DNA of 64,000 nucleotides from Thainema sp. (lineage in GTDB: Bacteria > Cyanobacteriota > Cyanobacteriia > Phormidesmidales > Phormidesmidaceae): contig JBQLZK010000002.1 of assembly GCA_052168235.1 (NCBI GenBank), forward strand, positions 192,001 to 256,000. The letters run 5' to 3'. The stretch's first letter is position 1. Every line of letters starts with the position of its first letter. A program made the translations under genes and the position numbers. Positions 8,676-19,319 of the stretch are shown here, piece by piece. The notes beneath the pieces are model-generated. The model did no database searches. It saw only the letters and a list, made by a program, of their open reading frames with translations, and was not told the DNA's origin.

Positions 8676-10601
8676 TCACCTTCTTTGCATCTTATAAATT
8701 GTAAAAGTTTGAGATTGATATAAACGCTCGTAACTAGTGAGATCCGGTAGATTGTCGAACGGTGATTGTTCTGAGGTTGCGGAACTCAATGTCGAAAGTT
8801 GATCCGATAGAACACTGTTGCGTACGACTAATAAGACAGGGTGATTGGCATGAGTTTGAAGCTGATCGGCCAGATCCTCTAGCGTCTGGGGGCGCTTGAT
8901 TTCGCTGAGACGGCTGTAAACATTGAGGCTTGGTTCGTTGATGCCAAAAGCGATTACCGTTTCGCCACAGGTATCGCAGGTTTCCTGGCGCAAACTTTGG
9001 GCCACCGGGCGTAACTGTCCGTCGAGGACTACCGGATCAAGATTCGGCAAGACAGATTGAGTTGCGGTCAGGGCCACGCCACAAAAGACCAGAATACTAA
9101 TTTGCCAAATCCAGAGCAGACGCGGTTTGACCGTGCAAACTGCGATCGCAACAGCTCCAACCCCATATATTGCGGCCAAAATCCAGTGCCAGCCCTGGGT
9201 TTGAACCAGTTCCTGAATCGCGGGTTCTGGGATAAAGCGAGGGGATAGGAAAACTGAGATCGCAAGTAGTCCATACAGTCCGGCAATGAACCCCAAGCCC
9301 CAGCGCAGGCCGCGCGTAGGCCGCTGAATTTGGCGATCCCAGGCTAGGGCACAGAGGTAGGCTAAAGCGGGAAAACCGGGATAGGTATACCAGGGCAGTT
9401 TCGTGGCGGCAATGGTCATAAATAAGGTAATGGCCACAAACCAGAACGCCATGAAGAGCGTTAACTGTTGGTCGGGTGATTGATTGCGCCAATAGGTAGG
9501 CCGCCACCAGGAAACGGTTGAGGTGATTGCTGTGGGTGGTTGAGTTGAGGATTTAGAGTTGTGGACAGATGTCTGATTGGAGTGCCGAGGCAATCTGTGG
9601 GTTGATGATTGATGGAATACTTGACTGAGTATTTGGCTAAGTACTGGATCAAGTAATTGAATCAACAGCGGCATGATCCAAGGAAAGAAGCCGATCAGCG
9701 TGACCGGAATGTAGTACCACCAGGCTCCGGCTTGATTTTGATTGGGTTCTAGAAACCGATCCAGATTGTTGTAGAGAAACGCCTGCTGCAAAAATTCTTG
9801 GCCGTTAACGGCAATGATGGCGATATACCACGGCAGTGCGATCGCACAAAATATTGCGAGTCCCATTAGCCAGGGCGTAGATCGAGACTGGACAGATTGA
9901 GACTGCGAAAAACTGCGATCGCGCCCGCTCCGCATCCACATTCCAAACGGGATCAGCACCAATGCCGCCAGGGCCAGCGCCAGCGGCCCTTTTGACATTA
10001 CGGCCAAGCCTAGCAGCGCAGAAAACGTCAGGTAGCCCCAGCGTTGCCCCGTGCTGTAGCCCCAAAACCAGGCATAGAGTGCTGCCGTCAAGAAGAAAGT
10101 CATCAGCATGTCGTGCTGTCCCACCCGCGCCAGCGCAAACGTGAGCGGATTCGCGGCCAGAAACGTGGCACTGATCAGCGCCACCCGCTCCGAGGCAAAT
10201 CGCCGCACAAACAGCCAGGTGAGCACAACCAACCCCGTACCCGATAGGGCAGACGGCAGCCGCACGGCCCATTCATTGACCCCAATCAGCCGATAGCCAA
10301 TCGCCATCAGCCAGTGCAGCAAAATCGGCTTATCGAAATAAATGCCTTCGTTGTTATAGATCGGCGTAATCCAGTCCTGCCGTACCAGGATCTGCCGCGC
10401 GATCTCGGCCTGTTTGGACTCCGTAATGCTAAATAGGCTGTAACCACCAAGCTGCCAGCCGAACAGCAGCAGGCAGAGTAAAAGCAGGATGAGAAGTGGT
10501 AGTGGAAAAAGTGCGATCGCATTCCGTTGAGTGAGGCGTTTCCAGGCACTGGTGAAACACGGGTTCCATCGTTGCGTAAGTTGACTAACAGGTCGCGGCA
10601 T
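8676..10601 (-). CDS. ArnT/PMT-family (GT83/GT39-like) integral-membrane glycosyltransferase
   Basis: ESKQAEIARQI..DWITP..YFDKPILLHW, WAVRLPSA, DMLMTFF, LAVMSKGP, TKLPWYTYPGFPALA. Confidence 0.85.
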   Translation of the reverse strand: MPRPVSQLTQRWNPCFTSAWKRLTQRNAIALFPLPLLILLLLCLLLFGWQLGGYSLFSITESKQAEIARQILVRQDWITPIYNNEGIYFDKPILLHWLMAIGYRLIGVNEWAVRLPSALSGTGLVVLTWLFVRRFASERVALISATFLAANPLTFALARVGQHDMLMTFFLTAALYAWFWGYSTGQRWGYLTFSALLGLAVMSKGPLALALAALVLIPFGMWMRSGRDRSFSQSQSVQSRSTPWLMGLAIFCAIALPWYIAIIAVNGQEFLQQAFLYNNLDRFLEPNQNQAGAWWYYIPVTLIGFFPWIMPLLIQLLDPVLSQILSQVFHQSSTHRLPRHSNQTSVHNSKSSTQPPTAITSTVSWWRPTYWRNQSPDQQLTLFMAFWFVAITLFMTIAATKLPWYTYPGFPALAYLCALAWDRQIQRPTRGLRWGLGFIAGLYGLLAISVFLSPRFIPEPAIQELVQTQGWHWILAAIYGVGAVAIAVCTVKPRLLWIWQISILVFCGVALTATQSVLPNLDPVVLDGQLRPVAQSLRQETCDTCGETVIAFGINEPSLNVYSRLSEIKRPQTLEDLADQLQTHANHPVLLVVRNSVLSDQLSTLSSATSEQSPFDNLPDLTSYERLYQSQTFTIYKMQRR

Positions 10602-12354
10602 CCGTCGGTATTAGGGCATCCAAGCCAATCAAATACCCCCATTCTACGGACTTGAATGAGAATCAATTGATCCGTTCGGATGTTTATCCTGGCGGGGCTC
10701 ATTGTGCCCAGTGACAAGCAGTTTGGCCCTGCGAAACAACATGAGGCTGTTTATAGAAGCGTAAGCCACCTTTGCTATTTACTCGTTTTTACAAGGCGTC
10801 TTCAAATAGTTAATCCATTCAATTGTGCAAAGTTGGGTAGGTTAGCTGCAGCCGCCTCTTATAAATCTTTTATGTTTGCTAGGCGTCAATGAAACCTGGG
10901 GAATTTGCATTACGGATTTGCACATTTTTATAATCTTTTCTTTATTTTCTGATCTAATTGTGTAGGCTGAGTTTTAATTTTTGCGGGCTTAAAATAAACT
11001 CCAGCGAAATATTGCAGTCAAGAATAATTACTGCGTTAGGCTACAGGAGATAGTTAAGTATACCCGTTCTACCTCTCGGAACTGATTAAAACTGCGGTGT
11101 GTAGCGAATTAATTAAACTTGTAAAAGGTATTAGATAATACTTTTGATTGACGAAATATTTGTTTTTTAGCTCTACCTTCCTTCCACTGATAGAGACGGT
11201 CTTCCCCCTCTTCATGAGACACTGAATTAAGGATTAAACACATAATCCTGTGCCAAAATTTCTGCTAAAAGATCGCAACTGAATGTGTTGACCATGCTTA
11301 TTCCTATGCAACTAACAGAGCTGATGTCCATCTTCATGACATTAAATTCAGATTGCAAGATTAATTAAAGTCAATCACATCAATAGATAAATCTGCGATT
11401 TTTTATCGCTAAGAATTTTCCTACATCCATAAGAAGATTCTTAGACGAATCACACCCTTGACTGAAGTCTTCCATCTGTTGTCTACATCATTCAACAATG
11501 CATTATCAAGATTTCCATCAAAATGTAAGCAGATGTTTCTCTAGCCAGAGTAATAATCGAGCACACTTTATTCGACATATATGTTCACCAGCCTGGTATA
11601 AAGTGCAACAAGATCAGTAGCGTTTTTAGCGCGTTTATGTAACTATTGCAGCCTCATTGTAAAGATAGTTTAATTTAGACTTGCCAAAAGCATGAGTTAG
11701 CTGCTAACTCAGTACTGACGTTGAAATTGACTTTGCTCAGCAACTGCATCAAATCTAATTTTTATGTTCTTGATTTTAGGCAAAGTCTAGTTTAGTCTCT
11801 ATCCACGGTGCTTCACCCAACCAGGGTAAAGCTTTCGTTAACTAGGCACCCAGATGGATGGGATTGTAGTTCAGGGAACAGATCGAGTCGTTGGTTCAAG
11901 TATTGTTAGCTCAGAGTTCGAGCACGGTGTTCATGTTGATAGCCATTCGTACCGCCTAGAGGGAAATCTCAGGCACGCGGTTAGATGACACGTTAGATAG
12001 AGTCTCGTTCAAAGCGAAGCAATACACTACTTGCTCAGATGTCTTGACAATTAGCGCTTGAGTTTCGGGGACGTCTGGGCCGTCACATAGGTCTTGCACG
12101 GATCTGTATAGATCTATATCGATGTTTTGTATATCTTGATGAACTAATCCTTAAGATTTCCCAAAATATTTGTCAGGCTTCAGCTCCATTTTGGGACTGC
12201 CTAGATGGGTATTTCAACTGTCAAGCTCTACCCCAATTTATTTCTGAAAAATACTCCTACATGTTGTATTGACGTTTGATTCATAATGTCTTAGTTTTTC
12301 GATACTTTCTGGTTCGCACAATTTGTAAACGTAAGGTAAGGCGCGGCATTCGAT

Positions 12355-13551
12355 ATGACAGCCCTCTATAAATTCCAAGCCGATTTTGAAACGAGTTTAG
12401 CTGAACTCGATTCTGAAACTGATCACCAAAATGAATTAGAAGAGAATGGGTTGGAAGATACGACAGATACGACTCCAACCGATACTCTAAATGGCTCTTT
12501 AGATAACGAAAAAGAAGATACAAACTGGTCAGAAGATGACAGCATCTTGGTTGAATTTTCCGAAGATGGCAATGTTAGTACTTCTGGATATAGCAAAACC
12601 ATTTCCGATGATGCTGTTGGAGCATTTTTTAAGGAAATGGCCCGCTATCCGTTGCTAAAAGCTGGAGAAGAAATTGAGCTTGCTCGTCAAGTGAAATTTC
12701 TGGTTCAGGTGGAAGAAATTCGAGAGGCTTTCAAAGAGAAGTATGAGCGTTTTCCCACGAAGTCGGAAATTGCGGCTCAGCTTGAGTTGACGGAGCGCCA
12801 GCTTGATCGCCACCTGCATCAAAGCCGGGGCGCAAAGCGGAAAATGATTCGCTCCAATTTACGCCTCGTCGTGTCAATCGCTAAACGCTATCTTAATCGT
12901 GGTGTGCCGTTCCTGGATTTGATTCAAGAGGGTGCTCTAGGTTTAAATCGAGCCACCGAAAAGTTTGATCCAGACAAGGGCTATAAGTTTTCCACCTATG
13001 CCTATTGGTGGATTCGCCAGGGCATTACCCGCACGATTGCTAACGATGCTCGTACCATTCGACTGCCGATTCATATTGTTGAGAAGCTGAATAAGCTGAA
13101 GAAGGCACAGCGCGATCTGCGGCGTGAACTGAACCGCAATCCTAATGAAGACGAGCTAGCGGAAGCGCTGGATATCACGACCGATCAACTGCGCAACTTA
13201 CAGCAGGTGCGGCGGCGTTCCCTGTCGCTCAACCATCGTGTGGGTAAAGGTGAAGACACAGAGCTAATGGAGTTACTGGAAGACGGCACGTCTCGCTCGC
13301 CAGAAACCCAGATGAGTGAAGCGATGATGCGCCAGGAAATCTGTGATGTGCTGGCTGAGGTGCTGACCCAGCGGGAGAAAGACATTATCTCTCTGCGCTA
13401 TGGTCTAACTACGGGTGAACCCCATACGCTTGAGGAAGTTGGTGGTTTATTTAACTTATCCCGTGAACGAGTTCGGCAGATCCAAACCAAGGCTATGCGT
13501 AAACTCCGTCGGCCCCAAGTGGCGTCTCGTCTAAAGGGCTGGCTGCGGTAA
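12355..13551 (+). CDS. sigE: Group 2 sigma factor SigE
   Basis: DAVGAFFKEMARYPLL and SLSLNHRVGKGEDTEL signatures resemble Synechocystis SigE rather than SigC; sigma70 regions 2-4 intact. Confidence 0.85.
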   Translation: MTALYKFQADFETSLAELDSETDHQNELEENGLEDTTDTTPTDTLNGSLDNEKEDTNWSEDDSILVEFSEDGNVSTSGYSKTISDDAVGAFFKEMARYPLLKAGEEIELARQVKFLVQVEEIREAFKEKYERFPTKSEIAAQLELTERQLDRHLHQSRGAKRKMIRSNLRLVVSIAKRYLNRGVPFLDLIQEGALGLNRATEKFDPDKGYKFSTYAYWWIRQGITRTIANDARTIRLPIHIVEKLNKLKKAQRDLRRELNRNPNEDELAEALDITTDQLRNLQQVRRRSLSLNHRVGKGEDTELMELLEDGTSRSPETQMSEAMMRQEICDVLAEVLTQREKDIISLRYGLTTGEPHTLEEVGGLFNLSRERVRQIQTKAMRKLRRPQVASRLKGWLR

Positions 13552-13621
13552 GTCCATAAAGAGAATCTGTCTGTCATTTGTCTGCTAGAAGTATCTATCT
13601 GCGTATCAGCAAACGAAAAAG

Positions 13622-13663
13622 AACCCCGTAGAGGAACTGCGATCGCAGTTCCTCTACGGGGTT
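13622..13663. terminator. 42-bp perfect palindrome centred on a HIP1 site, downstream of sigE
   Basis: AACCCCGTAGAGGAACTGCGA|TCGCAGTTCCTCTACGGGGTT. Confidence 0.6.
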
Positions 13664-13742
13664 TCAGTATTTTTGGCTAAACTGCTATCATTTGCTGTCC
13701 AACGTTAGTCATCTTCTAGTTTTCTCTGTCGTACCTAGACCT

Positions 13743-14231
13743 ATGTCATCCACCGAAATCACCATTCGCGCTGTCACTCCTACGGATGTAGCCACTGTTT
13801 TCCAACTGATTATGGCGCTGGCCGAGTATGAAAAACTGGCCCATGAGGTCACGGGTAGCTCGAAAGAACTGGAGCAAGCGCTATTTGGCGATCGCACCTA
13901 TGCCGAAGCGATTTTGGCGGAATATGAAGGACAAGCCGTCGGATTTGCCTTATTTTTCTATAACTTCTCGACGTTTCTCACCAAGCCGGGACTGTATCTC
14001 GAAGATCTATTCGTTTTGCCGGAGTTTCGGCGGCGCGGCATTGGGCAAGCACTGCTTCGCTACCTGGCACAGCTAGCCCTCGACAATGGTTGTGGGCGCT
14101 TTGAATGGTCAGTGCTCGACTGGAATGAACCTGCGATCGCGTTTTATCAACGGATGGGAGCGGATGTTCTGCCAGATTGGCGTACTTGCCGGGTTACGGG
14201 GCATTCTCTGATCAAGCTGGCGCAGGTGTAG
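13743..14231 (+). CDS. GNAT N-acetyltransferase (diamine/SSAT-like)
   Basis: LAEYEKL, FSTFLTKPGLYLEDLFV, RRRGIG, EWSVLDWNEPAIAFY. Confidence 0.88.
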   Translation: MSSTEITIRAVTPTDVATVFQLIMALAEYEKLAHEVTGSSKELEQALFGDRTYAEAILAEYEGQAVGFALFFYNFSTFLTKPGLYLEDLFVLPEFRRRGIGQALLRYLAQLALDNGCGRFEWSVLDWNEPAIAFYQRMGADVLPDWRTCRVTGHSLIKLAQV

Positions 14232-14236
14232 ACGCA

Positions 14237-14773
14237 TTAGAACCGCAGGTAGTGCATCAAATCTGCAGTTAGGGATGGCGGCAACGACAACTGCTGTTGC
14301 AGGTCAGCAATATTCTGGAAGCGGCCCTGCCGCTGGCGGCGCTGCACAATCAGACGCGCCAGGTAGAGATCAATGGCAGGAACTTGAGTAAGCTGCTCGA
14401 CAGATGCCTGATTGACGTTGAGCAAGCAGGGAGACATGACGCTGGCGGTATCGTAGTAACAGAAGCGCAGCAGCGGCTGCAGCGGCTGCAGTTGCTGCAG
14501 AGAAACGCCCAGGGCCGCTGCTAGATCCTCTAAACAGTGGAACTGTACGCCGCTTTGACTAAGCTGTACCAGCGATCTCGCTTGCCGGATGGAAATTCCC
14601 GGTAGCCGCAGCCAGTCGTCTACGCTGGCCTGATTCACATCAATGCAAACGCCCATCTGCACCGCCTGCTGAATATCAGCCACGGTCTGTAGCCGATGGT
14701 AGGGATTCTGCTGGAGGGGATGGGGCTGCGATCGCAACTGCTGGCGCAATCGATTTTTCCAAGCGGCAAACAT
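14237..14773 (-). CDS. ComEA-family helix-hairpin-helix DNA-binding protein
   Basis: Two HhH repeats: IDVNQASVDDWLRLPGI and LNVNQASVEQLTQVPAI. Confidence 0.82.
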   Translation of the reverse strand: MFAAWKNRLRQQLRSQPHPLQQNPYHRLQTVADIQQAVQMGVCIDVNQASVDDWLRLPGISIRQARSLVQLSQSGVQFHCLEDLAAALGVSLQQLQPLQPLLRFCYYDTASVMSPCLLNVNQASVEQLTQVPAIDLYLARLIVQRRQRQGRFQNIADLQQQLSLPPSLTADLMHYLRF

Positions 14774-14851
14774 AGGATCAAGTGGAATACTCTGTAGTGA
14801 TCTGGCAATGGCTGACGCGATCAGTGATTGCCTAACCAGCTACGGTGGCTA

Positions 14852-15259
14852 CTACTCAATTTTATCCAGCAGACAGCGCCGCTTTTGTTCAAATTCGTAC
14901 TCTGAGATCAAACCGTCCTGCCGCAGTTGATCAAGCTGACGCAGCGCATCTGCGATCGCGCTAATTTGTTCAGGATTGACCGTTGGCTGCGACACAGTTT
15001 GAGATTGGTTTGAACCCGCAAAGTTGAATTTGTTAGAAAACGTTTGGCTATCTTGTGTGAGATACCATACTCCTTCTACAGCACTTGCAAAGCGAGGAAT
15101 TGGCATGAGTGGAGTAAACCCAAGCAGCAGGTAGACAATTCCCCATCCCGGTTGACCAAGATAAAATTTATGTAAGCCTGGAAAAAAAACTCCAGCCAGC
15201 GCCAGCGCTACGGCTACCGAGCGATTTTTAGGCTTGCTTAGGGTGTGACTACTATTCAC
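14852..15259 (-). CDS. TM2 (NINE) domain protein with C-terminal SHOCT domain
   Basis: KNRSVAVALA..PGLHKFYLGQ; LRQLDQLRQDGLISEYEFEQKR. Confidence 0.85.
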   Translation of the reverse strand: MNSSHTLSKPKNRSVAVALALAGVFFPGLHKFYLGQPGWGIVYLLLGFTPLMPIPRFASAVEGVWYLTQDSQTFSNKFNFAGSNQSQTVSQPTVNPEQISAIADALRQLDQLRQDGLISEYEFEQKRRCLLDKIE

Positions 15260-15974
15260 GACAGCGTTACTCGTTTTGACTGACTTACTTATGGTTGTAG
15301 CTCATATTTGCATAAGTCAGCTAAACCATTAATTTGATAAACCGCTAGAATTGGCAAAATTTCCTTAAAGGAAAAACCAGATCGCGCCCTAGCGCTCAAC
15401 CTGTTAAGTAATGTAAATATTGGTGGAGCCTACCAGACTGTGTTTGAACGATGCGAACGGTTCCTGAATCCGTTGCAAACAACCGAGTGGTTGAGGTGAT
15501 AGCAGTGACCGCAATACCGCTCACATCTTGCCAAAATCTCAAAAGATTAGTTTACTGTCGGATTTAGCGGCGAAATGACCCTTTCGAGGTCTTGATTTGC
15601 GAGATGCAAAATGTGATGTTACAAGGGATTCTCTAAATCTTTTGATAGAGATTTTTGAATTTGAACCCAAGTCATCCGGGTAACGGTCAATGGTGAGTGA
15701 AATTTTTAACGGATAGCTCTGTGCCCGTATTTCCACATATGACTGGAACATCCTTGATACAGAGTTACAGACCCCACAAGCCAACAGCCTTTACTCAATC
15801 CCAGACCTAAAAGAACCTTTTGCCGAAGTTCTTACAAAAAACGCTCGAATTGGAAGAAGTAGACTGGAGTTAACCATTCCGTCAGTTACACATCAGTGAA
15901 AACTGGATACAACTTCTTCATCCCTATTGGTTTAAGTTTAGTAGCTAAATTGGGTAGCAATATTGCGTTCTCTT

Positions 15975-16958
15975 ATGAAACAGGTGTCCTTCTCAACAGA
16001 TTGGCTGAGCAAGTTTTCAGACCCTTATGCCGTATTGGGTGTCTCAGTGTCTGCTGATGAAAGACGAATTGCGAAACGCTATCGGGCCGTTGCTAAACAG
16101 CTCCATCCTGACCGCTATCTCAATCAAGATCCAGACATTCGCGAGTTTGCGATTCAGCTATTAACGAAACTGATCAATCCGACCTACCAAAAGGTCAAGC
16201 AGGACAAAGGGCGGGCAGAGCACTTGGCCATGCTGCGATTTCAGGTGCGACGGTCGGTGCGTCAACAGTCACTTCAGCCTAAGACCAAGCTCGCAATCAA
16301 CCTGCTTAACGTACCGCAAACGGAAGCGGATGTGTTCTATGAGCAGGCCGTCACTCAGCTCGCTAGTCAGCAATATGAGGACTTCGACCAGTTTGAAGTC
16401 GTTACTCACGCTTTGGCCGAACTGAATCTGGTCTATCTCAAGGTCAAAATGGGCGATCCGATTATTCGCCCCAAGCGCTCTGGCCTGATAGCGAGTCCAC
16501 AAACTACCCTGTCAGGTATTCAAGCTGAGGATAAGCCCACTGACGAAAAGCCGCTTGAAGATTACGCTAAACGCCACTATGAACGCGCTGTTGTCTATGC
16601 TAAAGGCCAAAACTGGTCAATGGTGGTGCAAGAGTTACGAGATGCGATTCGACTTGAACCGAAGCGCAGTTCCTATCACGCGCTGCTAGGAGTCGCTTAT
16701 CTTAAACAGCGGTTAGATGGTATGGCCAAGGTTCATCTGCGGCAAGCCCTCAAGCTCGATCCATCGGATCGGCTGGCCCGTAAATATGCACCGATGGTGG
16801 ATTTAAAGCCGGAGGCAATCGTAAACAATCAAACTAATCCAGCCTCAAATGGTTCAGCCAAGTCATCATCCACAACGCAATCTGGCCAGGCCCAGCCTCA
16901 GGAGAAGAAGTCTAAAGGTGGATTTTTCAGCAATCTGTTTGCCCGATTATCGAAGTAG
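15975..16958 (+). CDS. J-domain (DnaJ-type) protein with C-terminal TPR
   Basis: DPYAVLGV...LHPDR; TPR helices (AIRLEP..YHALLGVAYL..ALKLDP). Confidence 0.85.
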   Translation: MKQVSFSTDWLSKFSDPYAVLGVSVSADERRIAKRYRAVAKQLHPDRYLNQDPDIREFAIQLLTKLINPTYQKVKQDKGRAEHLAMLRFQVRRSVRQQSLQPKTKLAINLLNVPQTEADVFYEQAVTQLASQQYEDFDQFEVVTHALAELNLVYLKVKMGDPIIRPKRSGLIASPQTTLSGIQAEDKPTDEKPLEDYAKRHYERAVVYAKGQNWSMVVQELRDAIRLEPKRSSYHALLGVAYLKQRLDGMAKVHLRQALKLDPSDRLARKYAPMVDLKPEAIVNNQTNPASNGSAKSSSTTQSGQAQPQEKKSKGGFFSNLFARLSK

Positions 16959-17091
16959 GTTTCCCCTTGTTTCCTTACCCTTACCCGATTAGGTAGGGAT
17001 ATCTCGCCTTGGTGAATGGGCCGGAAATTCGTACATTATTAGAAAGACAGAAGCTGCGATCGCACTATTTTAAGAAACACACGAGATAGCA

Positions 17092-17406
17092 ATGGGATTC
17101 TTCGACTCTGAAATTGTCCAACAGGAAGCCAAACAGCTTTTTGAAGATTATCAATCCCTTGTGACCCTAGGGGAAGACTACGGTAAGTTTGACCGCGAGG
17201 GCAAAATACTCTTCATCGAGCGCATGGAAGACGTGATGGAACGCTATCGCGTTTTTATGAAGCGGTTTGAACTGTCAGAAGACTTTACGGCAAAGATGAC
17301 CGTGGAGCAGCTCAAAACTCAGCTCGGACAGTTTGGCATGACACCACAGCAAATGTTTGACCAAATGAACCTCACGCTTGAACGCATGAAAGCTGAAATT
17401 GAGTAG
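17092..17406 (+). CDS. DUF1825 family cyanobacterial protein
   Basis: MGFFDSEIVQQEAKQLFEDYQ...FMKRFELSEDF. Confidence 0.8.
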   Translation: MGFFDSEIVQQEAKQLFEDYQSLVTLGEDYGKFDREGKILFIERMEDVMERYRVFMKRFELSEDFTAKMTVEQLKTQLGQFGMTPQQMFDQMNLTLERMKAEIE

Positions 17407-17455
17407 TAATCTGTCAAATTTGTGTATAACGCCTAGGAAAAGCGCTTTTTTCCTG

Positions 17456-17492
17456 ATAAACGACCCCGTCTGCTTGCAGCGGGGTCGTTTAT
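17456..17492. terminator. Bidirectional terminator-like hairpin between convergent genes
   Basis: ATAAACGACCCCG...CGGGGTCGTTTAT. Confidence 0.65.
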
Positions 17493-18109
17493 TGAAAGAG
17501 CACCGCATCGGATGTTCTTTGGGGTGGTTCTGTTGGTGATTCGAGTGGCGTAGATGGATGAGAAACTGCGGATTGAGAGGATTCCACGGTTGAGACAGTT
17601 CGATCCGAAGTTGAAGCGGTAGGAACTTTAAGACCCAGCAGCACTAGGTCTCGCTGCACCCCATCCAGTTCGGCCACTTGCGGTAGATTGCCCCACTGTT
17701 CAAAACCAAGCCGCTGGAATAGCTTGAGGCTGGGCTGATTATGACCAAAGATAAAGCTGAGCAGCGTCGTAATCCCCAGCTTGGGACACTGTGCGATCGC
17801 ATATTCAGCTAGTTTGCGACCGATTCCCTGGCCCTGATGATCCGGTGAGACATATAGGCTAATTTCCGTTGTCGCTCGATACGCGGGGCGACCGTAGAAC
17901 ATCTGCAAGCTTAACCAGCCGACTACCTGATCCTGATATTCCATCACCCAAATCGGGTACTCATGAGGCTGATGAGCGTGAAACCACTGCTGGCGGCTGG
18001 CGACTGAAATTGGCTCCAAGTCTGCGGTGGCTAGGCGGCTGGGAATGGCGGCATTGTAAATTGCGACAATCTGGGGCAGATCGGCTTCAACTGCATAGCG
18101 GATCTTCAT
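17489..18109 (-). CDS. GNAT acetyltransferase, phosphinothricin/MSX acetyltransferase (YncA/Pat-like)
   Basis: IYNAAI..ATADLEP, FYGRPAY, QGQGIG, HNQPSLKLFQRLGF. Confidence 0.85.
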   Translation of the reverse strand: MKIRYAVEADLPQIVAIYNAAIPSRLATADLEPISVASRQQWFHAHQPHEYPIWVMEYQDQVVGWLSLQMFYGRPAYRATTEISLYVSPDHQGQGIGRKLAEYAIAQCPKLGITTLLSFIFGHNQPSLKLFQRLGFEQWGNLPQVAELDGVQRDLVLLGLKVPTASTSDRTVSTVESSQSAVSHPSTPLESPTEPPQRTSDAVLFQ

Positions 18110-18234
18110 AGGCGGCCACACTGGTTTTAGTTTGACGTTTCTACTCTAGTGTTACGAGTTTGGGATCAGTTTGATGTTGCCAATGTTGCCAATCGATCGG
18201 CTGTACATCAAATCTATCGACCAGCATTGAGAAC

Positions 18235-18317
18235 ACTAGCGTGAAAGGCTTGCGCTGCAAGCCTTTCACGCTAGTAAACCATTCCATACGTAGGAACACG
18301 GCAATGCCGTGTCCTAC
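18235..18317. repeat. 19-bp-stem hairpin plus a GTAG-type REP palindrome
   Basis: ACTAGCGTGAAAGGCTTGC-gct-GCAAGCCTTTCACGCTAGT; GTAGGAACACGGCAATGCCGTGTCCTAC. Confidence 0.7.
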
Positions 18318-18360
18318 CGCAAAGATTTCACCTGATTAGATCCGCGTCCCTTAGCCAAGA

Positions 18361-18714
18361 TTAACCAAAGGTTGAGCCATTCCAGCCCCACATGGCACCG
18401 TCGGCATCAGCAAATTCGATGTAAATGCGATTAGTTGGAACGCCCAATTTCTGGCCAATGCGATCGCAAAAATCTTGGCTCATCGCCTTCGTTTTGGCCG
18501 AACCCATCGTGCCAACGCTTTTAATTTCCACGTAGCAAACGGGATCGGTTGTGCCTGCAAACGTCATGGTAACATCGGGTTCAAACGCCGTCATAACATA
18601 AGATTCTGGTTTTCCTAAGTGCTTTGACAAACTAGCTGACAAATCTTTCAGCATGGCTTCAACGTCTGCTTTGGCTGGCGAAGAAGCTGAAGTTTGAACT
18701 TTAATCAGTGGCAT
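18361..18714 (-). CDS. MIF/phenylpyruvate tautomerase family protein
   Basis: N-terminal catalytic Pro (MPLIKVQT), LGKPESYVM, RIYIEF..WGWNGSTF. Confidence 0.9.
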   Translation of the reverse strand: MPLIKVQTSASSPAKADVEAMLKDLSASLSKHLGKPESYVMTAFEPDVTMTFAGTTDPVCYVEIKSVGTMGSAKTKAMSQDFCDRIGQKLGVPTNRIYIEFADADGAMWGWNGSTFG

Positions 18715-18732
18715 AGTCCTGCAATCCTATTA

Positions 18733-18836
18733 ATATCAAGTCTGCGGATAAGACCTCAGTTTACTTTTTGGAGAAACGCTTGCGTAGCAAGCGTTTCTCC
18801 AAAAAGTAATCATGGGTTTTCAGCCGGACTTCATAT
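18733..18836. mobile_element. MITE-like element, copy D
   Basis: Ends ATATCAAGTCTG / CGGACTTCATAT; internal perfect arms TTACTTTTTGGAGAAACGCTTGC...GCAAGCGTTTCTCCAAAAAGTAA; fills almost the whole intergenic space. Confidence 0.75.
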
Positions 18837-18839
18837 AGC

Positions 18840-19319
18840 CTACCCACCATATTGCCAGCCCGTGCTTTCTAAGAGAAGGGGATCGCCCTCACGATGCACG
18901 CCTGCTGCAATTACTTCACCGATAAAGACGGTGTGATCGCCGTGTTCAACCGAACCGACAACGCGGCATTCCACATAGCCGAGCGAGTCTTTAATGATGG
19001 GGCACCCTGTCTCGTTGGTATAAAACTCGATGTCCTCAAACTTGTTGCCCACGCGGCGTAATGGCTTGAAGAAGTTCTGTGCGACTTCTTTTTGCCCTTC
19101 TTCCAAAACACTGAGCGCAAATACACCACTGGCCTTGACCATCTCGTGCGATCGCGAATCGTTCTTGATGCAGTTCACAACCAGCGGCGGCTGAAAGGAT
19201 GCCTGCATCACCCAACTAGCGGTAAACCCGTTTACCTCATCGCCATCTTTCACGCCGCAGATATAAAGGCCGTGGGGAATTTTGCGTAATATTGTTTTCT
19301 TTGCCTGTTCGTCTAGCAC
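18840..19319 (-). CDS. Flavin reductase-like (FMN-binding split barrel) protein
   Basis: NGFTASWVMQASFQPP, GDHTVFIGEV. Confidence 0.88.
   Translation of the reverse strand: MLDEQAKKTILRKIPHGLYICGVKDGDEVNGFTASWVMQASFQPPLVVNCIKNDSRSHEMVKASGVFALSVLEEGQKEVAQNFFKPLRRVGNKFEDIEFYTNETGCPIIKDSLGYVECRVVGSVEHGDHTVFIGEVIAAGVHREGDPLLLESTGWQYGG

Noticed and set aside
12355..13551. SigC or SigA assignment
   Set aside because: Region 1.2 reads AVGAFFKEMARYPLL (SigE-like), not LVRLYLQEIGR
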